The notes below the pieces were generated by a model. The model was given only the letters and a program-made list of their open reading frames with translations. It searched no databases and was not told the origin of the DNA. A program made the position numbers and the translations under genes. A DNA stretch of 64,000 nucleotides, from NCBI GenBank assembly GCA_000146045.2, contig BK006942.2, positions 64,001 through 128,000 on the forward strand. The letters are read 5' to 3'. This DNA is from TPA_inf: Saccharomyces. Taxonomy: Eukaryota. Positions 12,028 through 23,978 of the stretch are shown here, piece after piece; within the stretch, counting starts at the first letter, position 1; the number at the start of each line of letters is the position of its first letter.

Positions 12028-12353
12028 GTAAAAGGGGTGCGTCAAACAATAGATATATGCTCTAGACAGACGGTGATCTAAGATATTTGAGAAAGCACGA
12101 AACAAGTGCCAAACAACTTCAACTTTGCTGAAGTAGTATAAACTTTGCTTTTACTATGCAAACTGTGAAAGACGATTTGTCCTTTCCATATTTGTGTTTT
12201 GAGCGATGGGGATGTCGTCCCTTCAGCCGTCTAAAAAAAAAGTCATCAAGCGTGAAATCTATCATCCCGTTGTTGGTTTAAAAGAATATCGTGCATACTG
12301 TATAAGAGTGGTATATACTGCAACACAGACACGGGAAGGCCCAATCACCTAGT

Positions 12354-13283
12354 TTAAATAACGATGTTATCTATTAGTCTGACGACCGTATCGGGTTTTT
12401 CGCGGTCAGTCACGTATACAGCACAACTAATGACTATTGGCTGCTGTTCGCTGGTGTTTTCAACATCGGAGAGTTCATCAAGAGTCTTAAAATCTGCTAA
12501 GGAAACATAGTCGATTTTGAAATCGTGGGAATCAACGTAGGGTGCCCATATTTGAGTCACAGTATCGATGATTTCTGATCTGGAGAGACGTCCCCCTGGT
12601 GCTAGTCTCCTAATAGCATTTTCCGCAGCTTTCAGCCCGCGGTAAAGGTTTTCAGAGATCTTTAAAGACTCTGGACAAAGATATTTGTTTCTACTACTCA
12701 GAGCCAGTCCATTATTGTTTCTTACAATAGGCATCATTTGTAGCCTTGTATTAACAAACAGTTCGTCCACCATACACTGTAAAACAATGAACTGTTGAAT
12801 GTCCTTCTGCCCAAAATAAGCCACATCCGCCATAACGATATTGAATAGTTTAGTCACGACAGTTGCCACGCCCCTAAAGAAGTTAGGTCTCGTCTTCCCC
12901 TCTAATTTTTCACTCAATCCAAGAACACTAACAAAAGGGCCTTTCTGCTCTTCTATGTCGAGCGGAATTCCCTGTGGATACATCACGTGTGCATTAGGAG
13001 CAAATAGAACATCCACCTTCAACGACTCAAGCAATTTGATGTCGTCTGGCAAAGTTCGAGGATAGTTATCTAGATCTTCCGTTGGCGCAAACTGGGAGGG
13101 ATTTACAAATATACTGACCACAGTATAGGTGTTTTCCTTCACAGACTGCGAGATCAAACTAGCGTGACCCGAATGCAGGCAACCCATTGTGGGAACGAAC
13201 CCAATAGTTTCTCTAAATCTAGTTTCCCTCAGCTCCTGTGTTCTCCATTGAACAACTTCTTCGACAGTATGGAAGATTTTCAT
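12354..13283 (-). CDS. PAN6: Pantoate-beta-alanine ligase (pantothenate synthetase), 309 aa
   Basis: Translation from ATG 13283 starts MKIFHTVEEVVQWRTQELRETRFRETIGFVPTMGCLHSGHASL... with the class I aa-tRNA-synthetase-like HxGH motif of PanC. An in-frame ATG 36 codons upstream (13391) is discussed in findings. Confidence 0.9.
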   Translation of the reverse strand: MKIFHTVEEVVQWRTQELRETRFRETIGFVPTMGCLHSGHASLISQSVKENTYTVVSIFVNPSQFAPTEDLDNYPRTLPDDIKLLESLKVDVLFAPNAHVMYPQGIPLDIEEQKGPFVSVLGLSEKLEGKTRPNFFRGVATVVTKLFNIVMADVAYFGQKDIQQFIVLQCMVDELFVNTRLQMMPIVRNNNGLALSSRNKYLCPESLKISENLYRGLKAAENAIRRLAPGGRLSRSEIIDTVTQIWAPYVDSHDFKIDYVSLADFKTLDELSDVENTSEQQPIVISCAVYVTDREKPDTVVRLIDNIVI

Positions 13284-14073
13284 CAATTCTATATGGATAT
13301 GCAGTATAAAAACTTGTATAAAACAGTGCAGTATCAACACACACCACTTCTTGTACACATAAATATGTACGCTACATCGAGAAATGTTCATTAATCTCTT
13401 GTTGGAAAATATGACAAAAGAAAAAAACTCGTTAAAGTAACATTTACCCGGATATCTGTTCAGCCAACATTATAAAAAAGATGGGCGCTTAATTTCCACT
13501 CTTACAGATATCACTCCTTCTAATTAACTTACATCAGTAAGAAAGTAAAAAGAGCAACAATTCGCCACAAGAAGGTCTCTGTAGGGTCAATAGTAGCAGG
13601 GCTCTTGTCAGGGAAAGACTGTGAATGCAAAGGAAAGACGGTTGGAGGTCCGAAAAGCATTACTGATGTTAGGATTGAAGAGAAATTCACCGTACTATGT
13701 GCCAGATGGTTATAACTGAACATTGAAATAATATCGTGATTATGGGCTGGTTGAGAGCCCCGTTAAGTATTGTTAAAGATGTAAGCAGTCTATTGCGATT
13801 AGCGGTTAAAATACCATTTCAAGGGTTACCCATACTGAAAGTGCCAAAAGAAAAAAAGATAACGTATGGAATGATATAGTCACAAAACTAATATTTCCTA
13901 AAATAAACAAACAACACCAAAAATGGTAGAAATAATTGGAATACATTCACAGGAGAGGTAGAATCGTCCCTGTAAAAAAAATTGAAACGGAACAAGAAAA
14001 ATAACTGACGTTCCTTTCTTTAAACGTTAGGGTGTACTATAATATATTCCATAAGAGATACCCGTTTCTATAA

Positions 14074-16149
14074 ATGCAAAGCTCAACAAGTACTGATCAA
14101 CATGTGCTACATCACATGGACCCTCATCGGTTTACGTCCCAAATACCAACTGCAACATCGTCACAATTGAGGAGAAGAAACAGCACGAATCAAGGTCTAA
14201 CCGACATGATCAATAAGAGTATTGCCAGGAATACAATAAGCGGGACTGGCATTCCCACAGGAGGCATAAATAAAAATAAGAGGACAAGAAGCACGGTTGC
14301 AGGAGGTACAAATGGTACAGCATTGGCTCTAAATGACAAATCCAACAGTAGAAACAGCGTCAGCAGATTATCAATAAATCAACTTGGCAGCCTGCAGCAA
14401 CATCTGAGCAATAGAGATCCAAGGCCACTAAGAGACAAAAACTTCCAAAGCGCTATTCAAGAGGAGATTTATGACTATTTGAAAAAGAATAAATTTGATA
14501 TTGAAACAAATCATCCCATTTCAATAAAATTTCTAAAACAACCCACTCAAAAGGGGTTTATTATCATTTTCAAGTGGTTATATTTAAGACTCGATCCAGG
14601 TTACGGCTTTACTAAGTCTATCGAGAATGAGATCTATCAAATTTTAAAAAATCTGCGTTATCCGTTTTTAGAGTCAATAAATAAATCACAAATTTCGGCT
14701 GTAGGTGGCTCTAATTGGCACAAATTTCTTGGCATGTTGCATTGGATGGTACGAACAAATATTAAACTGGATATGTGCTTGAATAAAGTAGATCGTTCAT
14801 TAATTAATCAAAATACACAAGAAATAACAATTCTGAGCCAGCCTTTAAAGACTTTGGACGAACAGGACCAAAGACAAGAAAGATATGAGCTAATGGTGGA
14901 GAAACTGTTAATTGATTATTTTACAGAGTCTTACAAAAGCTTTTTGAAACTTGAGGATAATTATGAGCCTTCGATGCAAGAACTAAAGTTAGGTTTTGAA
15001 AAATTCGTTCACATAATTAATACTGATATAGCTAATCTACAAACCCAAAATGACAATCTTTATGAGAAATATCAAGAAGTAATGAAAATAAGCCAAAAGA
15101 TCAAAACCACCAGGGAAAAATGGAAGGCTTTGAAAAGCGATTCTAATAAGTATGAAAATTATGTCAACGCGATGAAGCAAAAGAGTCAAGAATGGCCAGG
15201 TAAACTGGAAAAGATGAAATCCGAGTGTGAACTGAAAGAAGAAGAAATTAAAGCCTTACAAAGTAATATTTCCGAATTGCACAAAATTTTAAGAAAAAAG
15301 GGAATTTCAACTGAGCAGTTCGAATTACAAAACCAAGAAAGAGAAAAGCTGACTAGGGAACTTGATAAAATAAATATCCAGTCTGATAAATTGACAAGCT
15401 CAATTAAATCCAGAAAGCTGGAAGCCGAGGGAATATTCAAAAGCTTACTGGATACGTTGAGGCAATACGATTCGTCGATACAAAATTTAACCAGATCGCG
15501 TAGTCAATTGGGTCATAATGTTAATGATTCATCTCTAAAAATTAACATTTCAGAGAACTTATTAGACAGAGATTTTCATGAAGGTATCTCCTACGAGCAA
15601 TTGTTTCCAAAGGGATCTGGAATTAACGAGTCTATTAAAAAATCTATCTTAAAATTAAACGATGAAATTCAAGAAAGAATAAAAACCATTGAGAAAGACA
15701 ACATAACATTAGAAAAAGATATCAAAAACTTAAAGCATGACATAAATGAGAAAACTCAAATTAATGAAAAACTTGAATTGGAATTGTCCGAAGCGAATTC
15801 CAAATTTGAGCTCTCTAAGCAGGAGAACGAACGATTATTAGTAGCGCAAAGAATTGAGATTGAAAAAATGGAAAAAAAAATTAATGATTCAAATCTCTTG
15901 ATGAAAACTAAAATTTCAGATGCTGAGGAATTGGTAACTTCAACGGAACTAAAATTGGAAGAATTGAAAGTTGACTTAAACAGGAAACGATACAAACTAC
16001 ACCAACAAGTGATACATGTTATTGATATAACAAGTAAATTTAAAATTAATATTCAATCGTCATTGGAAAACTCTGAAAACGAATTAGGAAACGTCATTGA
16101 AGAGTTACGAAATTTGGAGTTTGAAACTGAACATAACGTAACAAATTAA
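14074..16149 (+). CDS. NDC80: Kinetochore Ndc80 complex subunit Ndc80/Tid3 (691 aa)
   Basis: ATG at 14074. N-terminal basic tail, a calponin-homology-like region (…FLKQPTQKGFIIIFKWLYLRLDPGY…), then a long coiled coil. The 691-aa length matches. Confidence 0.93.
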   Translation: MQSSTSTDQHVLHHMDPHRFTSQIPTATSSQLRRRNSTNQGLTDMINKSIARNTISGTGIPTGGINKNKRTRSTVAGGTNGTALALNDKSNSRNSVSRLSINQLGSLQQHLSNRDPRPLRDKNFQSAIQEEIYDYLKKNKFDIETNHPISIKFLKQPTQKGFIIIFKWLYLRLDPGYGFTKSIENEIYQILKNLRYPFLESINKSQISAVGGSNWHKFLGMLHWMVRTNIKLDMCLNKVDRSLINQNTQEITILSQPLKTLDEQDQRQERYELMVEKLLIDYFTESYKSFLKLEDNYEPSMQELKLGFEKFVHIINTDIANLQTQNDNLYEKYQEVMKISQKIKTTREKWKALKSDSNKYENYVNAMKQKSQEWPGKLEKMKSECELKEEEIKALQSNISELHKILRKKGISTEQFELQNQEREKLTRELDKINIQSDKLTSSIKSRKLEAEGIFKSLLDTLRQYDSSIQNLTRSRSQLGHNVNDSSLKINISENLLDRDFHEGISYEQLFPKGSGINESIKKSILKLNDEIQERIKTIEKDNITLEKDIKNLKHDINEKTQINEKLELELSEANSKFELSKQENERLLVAQRIEIEKMEKKINDSNLLMKTKISDAEELVTSTELKLEELKVDLNRKRYKLHQQVIHVIDITSKFKINIQSSLENSENELGNVIEELRNLEFETEHNVTN

Positions 16150-16509
16150 TAAAATAAATGATATATAATACCCGAGCAATCTACAGCAAAGCTCAGCCCC
16201 ACCTTTCCGCATTTTAATAACCTGCATTTTGTTCAATTCCACCCTCACTCCCCTTCTCAAGTATTCCAAACCAATTTAAGTAAGTATTGATATGTAGTTA
16301 TTTTTAAAATAAATATATGTAAGTATATTTGGATGCTTTAATTAGGAATGTTCTATTTTTTTTTTATTTTTTATATTATGGAAGAAAATGGACGTGACGA
16401 ATCAATAAAAGAAAGAACAGCGACGAAAGAATAAGAAGACGGTGGGAACAAAAAGGTATTATGACTGAATAGATTCAAAATAGGAAGGTGACAATGAAAC
16501 CAAGCCTAT

Positions 16510-19041
16510 TCACTTCTTCAAATTCTTATAATACATCTTTCTGATTAATGGATGATGTTCCTTCAGTTCTTTGTTTTTATTGGTACTGTATTCCATATAT
16601 GCCATATCTTCACCGCCAGCAAGACCAGACAATGAACCTTCACCTCTAACGGCCTTTGATTTAAATCTTTTGTGGCCATTTGAACCTCTCCCAACAGAAT
16701 TGTCAGCGTCATCACCGACCTCGATACCAGCAGCTTCTTCGTTCTTCAATAATACTTCTTGCAATAGCTCTCTACGTTCTCTGGGTGAAGCATATGCCAA
16801 ATTTGGAATGTTCTCCATTCCGTGTAAATGTGTAATGACTTTGAATGCGTAACCTTGATCTACCAAAAACGCTTGTCTCTTTGTTGAGTAGTACATTTCT
16901 TGCGTATCCTTAGAAACCAGAGAATAAAAGAACGCATTGAAACCTTCGTCATTACGTCTTTTAGCTCTTAAAATTCTTCCTAATCTTTGGGCTTCTTGAC
17001 GACGAGACCCATAGTGCGAAGATATTTGAATTAAACAGGTAGCTTCTGGTAAATCGATGGAAGTATCACCAACTTTTGATAGAAATATGGTATTGATTTG
17101 GTCATTGTACTGGAAATTTTGCAGAATGTTCATACGCTCTTGTTGTGGTGTGGAACCATAAATAAATGGTTTTCCCATTTTCAAAGCATATTCTTGTAAG
17201 GCGTAAACATTATCTGAAAAAACGATGATCTTATCACCCCTCCTTTCGTGATATTGAATTAAGAATTGGCATGCCTGAAACTTTGTTGGATTCATGATAT
17301 ACAGTAGCATTCTTTTCCTTGCAGTTTCTCTTAAATACTCTTGGTAAAATTCTGCTGTCATGGGACACCAAACCTCTGCACATTGGACATTTGCAATATG
17401 TCCTTTTTGGGATAATTCCATCCAATTTGCTTCATAAAGTTTTGGACCAATTAAAAAATTCAGATCACCAATTTTATCATCTTCTCTAACCAGCGTTGCG
17501 GTCAGTCCCAATTTGGCGTGTGCTGCGATGGTGGAGACCACCCTACGGAACATTGCGGCGGGCACCACATGAACTTCGTCAAGAATAATGAACCCCCATT
17601 CCCTACCGGTCAAGAAATCCATAACTTTTTGTGAATCATGAGACCTGTTTCTTGTGTTTGCCACCATTGAATAAGTGGAAACAACCAAACCGGATTCTGT
17701 CTGGAACATTTCCTTATTATCAGAGGTGAAAACAGCACAATTTTCAGGTTGTAAGGTACACCATTGTAAAAATTGCTGCCTCCATTGCATGACGGAGACT
17801 GATGAAGTACATAAAACAATTACGGATTTTTTTATAGTACATGCTGCGGTAATACCGACCAAAGTTTTACCTGCGCCACATGGCAAAACAATAATCCCTG
17901 AACGAGCACGCCCATTACCAAACATTTTACTCAGCGATTTTTCTTGATAGGGTCTGATTTGAGTGGAAGGTTTCAAATCAATATCTAAATCCGGGTTTCT
18001 ATGGTCGTTTCTAAAGTCGTATTCTTCCAACACGGGATAATCGATTTCTTGACATCTTTTCTTTACGACTTCAACAGACTCATTGGCAATTTCAAAGGAG
18101 TGAACGGCATCAATATCATCATCTTCTTCTTCCCGCTCATTATCACCACCTATAACTGCACTAAACACGGCTTCCACATCGTTCGGATTAACATTAGTAG
18201 CGGGTTTTCCAGCGGTTTGCTGAAGTTGTTGCTGTAGTACATCCTCTGGTGGCTGTACTTGATGATCGCTATCTATTCTTAGGGGCCCGATGACGGAATC
18301 ATTCAGCAACATTTGCAGAATATCTGCTTGTGTAGTCTCCACGAAATATCTATTATGCTTAATAACTAGTTTCACTTTACCGTATGAAATGGTAGCCCCT
18401 TTAATGAAGTTGATTATCGATTCAGCAACGGGTACTTTGGATAATCTATCCAGAACTGAAATGATATCATCCGTCTCCAACCCTACAGAAACAGCTGCAT
18501 ACAAAGAGTATGCTGTGATCTTGTATTCATGAATATGGGAGGGTCTACTTATAGGCTCTGCAATGGTGACCAGAAAGTCCTGAGCCTGTTCTGCTAATGG
18601 AGAGAAACTCTCCAGAATGATCCTACCGTCACTTGGCGAGATCCAAAGGGGCCTGGAAGCATGGTCTGGTCTTAACCGCAAATAACTAAAGTCATGGCTT
18701 CTGAACATTCCAGAGACGGAATCTGGAACGAAATCTGCTGGTATATCGCTATTAGTGTCCTGCAAAAGCGCTTTATCCTTAGCGTCCATTTGATTCATAG
18801 AGGAATCCGCCGCTGTATGCCTGCTACTCTTGGTCTTTTTCCGAGGCTTCTTCAACCCTGTTACCATGGCGCCGGTATCCCTTTCTCCACGTCCTTCTGA
18901 CGTTTCCCTGTTATCATCATAGTTCTCATCGATCTCTGCATCAGTAGCTGGTGAATCCTCATCTGATGAGAAAAAGGACTCACCCATATCTGGAAAGATT
19001 TTCCCCTTGCTCTTAGGTTGGTAGCCTTCAACGTCCGTCAT
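16510..19041 (-). CDS. SSL2: TFIIH 3'-5' DNA helicase subunit (XPB homolog), 843 aa
   Basis: ATG at 19041. Walker A GAGKT ([11 protein letters not shown]), DEVH box ([10 protein letters not shown]), helicase motif VI, and an acidic N-terminus. 843 aa. Confidence 0.95.
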   Translation of the reverse strand: MTDVEGYQPKSKGKIFPDMGESFFSSDEDSPATDAEIDENYDDNRETSEGRGERDTGAMVTGLKKPRKKTKSSRHTAADSSMNQMDAKDKALLQDTNSDIPADFVPDSVSGMFRSHDFSYLRLRPDHASRPLWISPSDGRIILESFSPLAEQAQDFLVTIAEPISRPSHIHEYKITAYSLYAAVSVGLETDDIISVLDRLSKVPVAESIINFIKGATISYGKVKLVIKHNRYFVETTQADILQMLLNDSVIGPLRIDSDHQVQPPEDVLQQQLQQTAGKPATNVNPNDVEAVFSAVIGGDNEREEEDDDIDAVHSFEIANESVEVVKKRCQEIDYPVLEEYDFRNDHRNPDLDIDLKPSTQIRPYQEKSLSKMFGNGRARSGIIVLPCGAGKTLVGITAACTIKKSVIVLCTSSVSVMQWRQQFLQWCTLQPENCAVFTSDNKEMFQTESGLVVSTYSMVANTRNRSHDSQKVMDFLTGREWGFIILDEVHVVPAAMFRRVVSTIAAHAKLGLTATLVREDDKIGDLNFLIGPKLYEANWMELSQKGHIANVQCAEVWCPMTAEFYQEYLRETARKRMLLYIMNPTKFQACQFLIQYHERRGDKIIVFSDNVYALQEYALKMGKPFIYGSTPQQERMNILQNFQYNDQINTIFLSKVGDTSIDLPEATCLIQISSHYGSRRQEAQRLGRILRAKRRNDEGFNAFFYSLVSKDTQEMYYSTKRQAFLVDQGYAFKVITHLHGMENIPNLAYASPRERRELLQEVLLKNEEAAGIEVGDDADNSVGRGSNGHKRFKSKAVRGEGSLSGLAGGEDMAYMEYSTNKNKELKEHHPLIRKMYYKNLKK

Positions 19042-19301
19042 GATTTATCTTCCACTGATTCCAACGTCAGTAGATGCTACTTTTACTAAATAATGTAGAT
19101 ATCATTACTATTATCTATCCTTACTAAGGACCTTTTTCCTTATACTTCTTAGAAGAAAAACCTCGTTTCTAACGATCTGAAATTTTTTTCTCTTCGCGGT
19201 GGCGAGTTTAAAAGACAAGAGCAGAGCAATAAAAAAGAGGATGAAAGGTGGCCATTAAATAGGCAAGAAGAGTCAGTCGTACAAAGCTCAAAAGATTCAG
19301 G

Positions 19302-20885
19302 ATGAGTGTACAGATATTTGGAGACCAGGTTACAGAAGAAAGAGCGGAAAACGCCCGTTTGTCGGCGTTTGTCGGTGCCATTGCCGTGGGTGATTTGGTG
19401 AAAAGCACATTAGGCCCAAAAGGGATGGATAAATTATTGCAAAGTGCGTCCAGTAACACTTGCATGGTAACAAACGATGGTGCTACGATTCTGAAGTCAA
19501 TTCCGCTGGATAATCCCGCAGCCAAAGTGTTGGTGAACATCAGTAAGGTGCAGGATGACGAAGTTGGAGATGGTACCACTAGTGTTACTGTTTTGAGCGC
19601 AGAGTTGCTTAGAGAAGCAGAGAAGTTGATTGATCAATCCAAAATCCACCCTCAAACTATTATTGAAGGTTACCGACTAGCTTCAGCAGCCGCATTGGAT
19701 GCGTTAACGAAAGCGGCTGTTGACAACTCTCATGATAAGACCATGTTCCGTGAAGATCTGATCCATATTGCCAAGACTACTTTATCTTCCAAAATTTTGT
19801 CTCAGGATAAGGATCACTTCGCAGAATTAGCAACTAATGCTATTTTGAGATTGAAGGGCTCCACTAACTTAGAACATATTCAGATCATTAAGATTCTTGG
19901 TGGAAAGCTATCAGATTCGTTCCTTGACGAAGGTTTCATTCTTGCCAAAAAATTTGGTAACAACCAACCCAAGAGAATTGAAAATGCTAAGATTCTAATC
20001 GCCAATACAACTTTGGATACAGACAAGGTCAAAATATTCGGCACCAAATTCAAAGTCGATTCTACTGCTAAATTGGCACAACTAGAAAAGGCAGAACGTG
20101 AAAAGATGAAGAATAAAATTGCCAAGATTTCCAAGTTTGGTATCAACACTTTCATCAATAGACAACTAATTTATGACTATCCAGAGCAATTATTTACAGA
20201 TTTGGGCATAAACTCAATTGAGCATGCTGATTTTGAAGGTGTAGAAAGGCTCGCCCTGGTTACAGGCGGTGAGGTGGTGTCTACATTTGACGAGCCAAGT
20301 AAATGCAAACTGGGAGAATGTGACGTGATCGAGGAAATTATGCTTGGTGAACAGCCATTCTTGAAGTTTAGTGGTTGCAAAGCTGGTGAAGCTTGTACCA
20401 TCGTCCTAAGAGGTGCTACCGACCAAACGCTTGATGAAGCTGAGAGATCCCTGCATGACGCATTGTCCGTGTTGTCACAGACCACAAAGGAAACAAGAAC
20501 TGTTCTTGGCGGCGGTTGCGCCGAGATGGTCATGTCAAAAGCTGTGGACACCGAAGCTCAAAACATCGACGGAAAGAAGTCCCTTGCCGTGGAGGCTTTT
20601 GCCCGTGCTCTGAGACAACTGCCAACCATTTTGGCAGATAATGCTGGTTTTGACAGCAGCGAACTTGTGTCCAAACTAAGATCCTCCATATACAACGGTA
20701 TCTCCACCTCAGGTTTAGATCTCAACAACGGAACCATTGCCGACATGAGACAGTTAGGTATCGTCGAGAGTTACAAGCTAAAACGAGCAGTAGTCAGCTC
20801 TGCATCTGAAGCCGCTGAAGTTCTACTAAGGGTGGATAACATCATCCGTGCAAGACCAAGAACCGCCAATAGACAACATATGTAA
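19302..20885 (+). CDS. CCT2: Chaperonin-containing TCP-1 beta subunit (527 aa)
   Basis: ATG at 19302. TCP-1 signature [11 protein letters not shown], with GGG and other chaperonin motifs throughout. 527 aa. Confidence 0.95.
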   Translation: MSVQIFGDQVTEERAENARLSAFVGAIAVGDLVKSTLGPKGMDKLLQSASSNTCMVTNDGATILKSIPLDNPAAKVLVNISKVQDDEVGDGTTSVTVLSAELLREAEKLIDQSKIHPQTIIEGYRLASAAALDALTKAAVDNSHDKTMFREDLIHIAKTTLSSKILSQDKDHFAELATNAILRLKGSTNLEHIQIIKILGGKLSDSFLDEGFILAKKFGNNQPKRIENAKILIANTTLDTDKVKIFGTKFKVDSTAKLAQLEKAEREKMKNKIAKISKFGINTFINRQLIYDYPEQLFTDLGINSIEHADFEGVERLALVTGGEVVSTFDEPSKCKLGECDVIEEIMLGEQPFLKFSGCKAGEACTIVLRGATDQTLDEAERSLHDALSVLSQTTKETRTVLGGGCAEMVMSKAVDTEAQNIDGKKSLAVEAFARALRQLPTILADNAGFDSSELVSKLRSSIYNGISTSGLDLNNGTIADMRQLGIVESYKLKRAVVSSASEAAEVLLRVDNIIRARPRTANRQHM

Positions 20886-20982
20886 CATATTTAGGATATA
20901 CCTCGAAAATAATAAACCGCCACACTGTCATTATTATAATTAGAAACAGAACGCAAAAATTATCCACTATATAATTCAAAGA

Positions 20983-21031
20983 CGCGAAAAAAAAAGAACA
21001 ACGCGTCATAGAACTTTTGGCAATTCGCGTC
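20983..21031. promoter_or_regulatory. MBF/SBF-type cell-cycle box cluster upstream of AXL2 (CGCGAAA at 20983..20989, ACGCGT at 21001..21006, ACGCGAA revcomp at 21025..21031)
   Basis: Three MCB/SCB-like motifs within 50 bp, ~340-380 bp upstream of the AXL2 ATG. AXL2 transcription peaks in late G1. Confidence 0.5.
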
Positions 21032-21365
21032 ACAAATAAATTTTGGCAACTTATGTTTCCTCTTCGAGCAGTACTCGAGCCCTGTCTCAAGAATGTAATA
21101 ATACCCATCGTAGGTATGGTTAAAGATAGCATCTCCACAACCTCAAAGCTCCTTGCCGAGAGTCGCCCTCCTTTGTCGAGTAATTTTCACTTTTCATATG
21201 AGAACTTATTTTCTTATTCTTTACTCTCACATCCTGTAGTGATTGACACTGCAACAGCCACCATCACTAGAAGAACAGAACAATTACTTAATAGAAAAAT
21301 TATATCTTCCTCGAAACGATTTCCTGCTTCCAACATCTACGTATATCAAGAAGCATTCACTTACC

Positions 21366-23837
21366 ATGACACAGCTTCAGATTTCATTATTGCTGACAGC
21401 TACTATATCACTACTCCATCTAGTAGTGGCCACGCCCTATGAGGCATATCCTATCGGAAAACAATACCCCCCAGTGGCAAGAGTCAATGAATCGTTTACA
21501 TTTCAAATTTCCAATGATACCTATAAATCGTCTGTAGACAAGACAGCTCAAATAACATACAATTGCTTCGACTTACCGAGCTGGCTTTCGTTTGACTCTA
21601 GTTCTAGAACGTTCTCAGGTGAACCTTCTTCTGACTTACTATCTGATGCGAACACCACGTTGTATTTCAATGTAATACTCGAGGGTACGGACTCTGCCGA
21701 CAGCACGTCTTTGAACAATACATACCAATTTGTTGTTACAAACCGTCCATCCATCTCGCTATCGTCAGATTTCAATCTATTGGCGTTGTTAAAAAACTAT
21801 GGTTATACTAACGGCAAAAACGCTCTGAAACTAGATCCTAATGAAGTCTTCAACGTGACTTTTGACCGTTCAATGTTCACTAACGAAGAATCCATTGTGT
21901 CGTATTACGGACGTTCTCAGTTGTATAATGCGCCGTTACCCAATTGGCTGTTCTTCGATTCTGGCGAGTTGAAGTTTACTGGGACGGCACCGGTGATAAA
22001 CTCGGCGATTGCTCCAGAAACAAGCTACAGTTTTGTCATCATCGCTACAGACATTGAAGGATTTTCTGCCGTTGAGGTAGAATTCGAATTAGTCATCGGG
22101 GCTCACCAGTTAACTACCTCTATTCAAAATAGTTTGATAATCAACGTTACTGACACAGGTAACGTTTCATATGACTTACCTCTAAACTATGTTTATCTCG
22201 ATGACGATCCTATTTCTTCTGATAAATTGGGTTCTATAAACTTATTGGATGCTCCAGACTGGGTGGCATTAGATAATGCTACCATTTCCGGGTCTGTCCC
22301 AGATGAATTACTCGGTAAGAACTCCAATCCTGCCAATTTTTCTGTGTCCATTTATGATACTTATGGTGATGTGATTTATTTCAACTTCGAAGTTGTCTCC
22401 ACAACGGATTTGTTTGCCATTAGTTCTCTTCCCAATATTAACGCTACAAGGGGTGAATGGTTCTCCTACTATTTTTTGCCTTCTCAGTTTACAGACTACG
22501 TGAATACAAACGTTTCATTAGAGTTTACTAATTCAAGCCAAGACCATGACTGGGTGAAATTCCAATCATCTAATTTAACATTAGCTGGAGAAGTGCCCAA
22601 GAATTTCGACAAGCTTTCATTAGGTTTGAAAGCGAACCAAGGTTCACAATCTCAAGAGCTATATTTTAACATCATTGGCATGGATTCAAAGATAACTCAC
22701 TCAAACCACAGTGCGAATGCAACGTCCACAAGAAGTTCTCACCACTCCACCTCAACAAGTTCTTACACATCTTCTACTTACACTGCAAAAATTTCTTCTA
22801 CCTCCGCTGCTGCTACTTCTTCTGCTCCAGCAGCGCTGCCAGCAGCCAATAAAACTTCATCTCACAATAAAAAAGCAGTAGCAATTGCGTGCGGTGTTGC
22901 TATCCCATTAGGCGTTATCCTAGTAGCTCTCATTTGCTTCCTAATATTCTGGAGACGCAGAAGGGAAAATCCAGACGATGAAAACTTACCGCATGCTATT
23001 AGTGGACCTGATTTGAATAATCCTGCAAATAAACCAAATCAAGAAAACGCTACACCTTTGAACAACCCCTTTGATGATGATGCTTCCTCGTACGATGATA
23101 CTTCAATAGCAAGAAGATTGGCTGCTTTGAACACTTTGAAATTGGATAACCACTCTGCCACTGAATCTGATATTTCCAGCGTGGATGAAAAGAGAGATTC
23201 TCTATCAGGTATGAATACATACAATGATCAGTTCCAATCCCAAAGTAAAGAAGAATTATTAGCAAAACCCCCAGTACAGCCTCCAGAGAGCCCGTTCTTT
23301 GACCCACAGAATAGGTCTTCTTCTGTGTATATGGATAGTGAACCAGCAGTAAATAAATCCTGGCGATATACTGGCAACCTGTCACCAGTCTCTGATATTG
23401 TCAGAGACAGTTACGGATCACAAAAAACTGTTGATACAGAAAAACTTTTCGATTTAGAAGCACCAGAGAAGGAAAAACGTACGTCAAGGGATGTCACTAT
23501 GTCTTCACTGGACCCTTGGAACAGCAATATTAGCCCTTCTCCCGTAAGAAAATCAGTAACACCATCACCATATAACGTAACGAAGCATCGTAACCGCCAC
23601 TTACAAAATATTCAAGACTCTCAAAGCGGTAAAAACGGAATCACTCCCACAACAATGTCAACTTCATCTTCTGACGATTTTGTTCCGGTTAAAGATGGTG
23701 AAAATTTTTGCTGGGTCCATAGCATGGAACCAGACAGAAGACCAAGTAAGAAAAGGTTAGTAGATTTTTCAAATAAGAGTAATGTCAATGTTGGTCAAGT
23801 TAAGGACATTCACGGACGCATCCCAGAAATGCTGTGA
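21366..23837 (+). CDS. AXL2: Axial bud-site selection type I membrane glycoprotein (823 aa)
   Basis: The ORF-track start 21243 is TTG. The first in-frame ATG is at 21366 (MTQLQISLLLTATISLLHLVVA signal peptide). Ser/Thr-rich stalk, single TM (AIACGVAIPLGVILVALICFLIFW), RRRREN stop-transfer. 823 aa from that ATG. Confidence 0.92.
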   Translation: MTQLQISLLLTATISLLHLVVATPYEAYPIGKQYPPVARVNESFTFQISNDTYKSSVDKTAQITYNCFDLPSWLSFDSSSRTFSGEPSSDLLSDANTTLYFNVILEGTDSADSTSLNNTYQFVVTNRPSISLSSDFNLLALLKNYGYTNGKNALKLDPNEVFNVTFDRSMFTNEESIVSYYGRSQLYNAPLPNWLFFDSGELKFTGTAPVINSAIAPETSYSFVIIATDIEGFSAVEVEFELVIGAHQLTTSIQNSLIINVTDTGNVSYDLPLNYVYLDDDPISSDKLGSINLLDAPDWVALDNATISGSVPDELLGKNSNPANFSVSIYDTYGDVIYFNFEVVSTTDLFAISSLPNINATRGEWFSYYFLPSQFTDYVNTNVSLEFTNSSQDHDWVKFQSSNLTLAGEVPKNFDKLSLGLKANQGSQSQELYFNIIGMDSKITHSNHSANATSTRSSHHSTSTSSYTSSTYTAKISSTSAAATSSAPAALPAANKTSSHNKKAVAIACGVAIPLGVILVALICFLIFWRRRRENPDDENLPHAISGPDLNNPANKPNQENATPLNNPFDDDASSYDDTSIARRLAALNTLKLDNHSATESDISSVDEKRDSLSGMNTYNDQFQSQSKEELLAKPPVQPPESPFFDPQNRSSSVYMDSEPAVNKSWRYTGNLSPVSDIVRDSYGSQKTVDTEKLFDLEAPEKEKRTSRDVTMSSLDPWNSNISPSPVRKSVTPSPYNVTKHRNRHLQNIQDSQSGKNGITPTTMSTSSSDDFVPVKDGENFCWVHSMEPDRRPSKKRLVDFSNKSNVNVGQVKDIHGRIPEML

Positions 23838-23978
23838 TTATACGCAACGATATTTTGCTTAATTTTATTTTCCTGTTTTATTTTTTATTAGTGGTTTACA
23901 GATACCCTATATTTTATTTAGTTTTTATACTTAGAGACATTTAATTTTAATTCCATTCTTCAAATTTCATTTTTGCAC

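Noticed and set aside
21017-21442. 141-aa plus-strand ORF overlapping the AXL2 start in another frame, probably the annotated dubious ORF YIL141W.
   Set aside because: It overlaps the AXL2 5' region and signal peptide out of frame, has a low-complexity translation and no recognisable motif. This is a typical dubious overlapping ORF.
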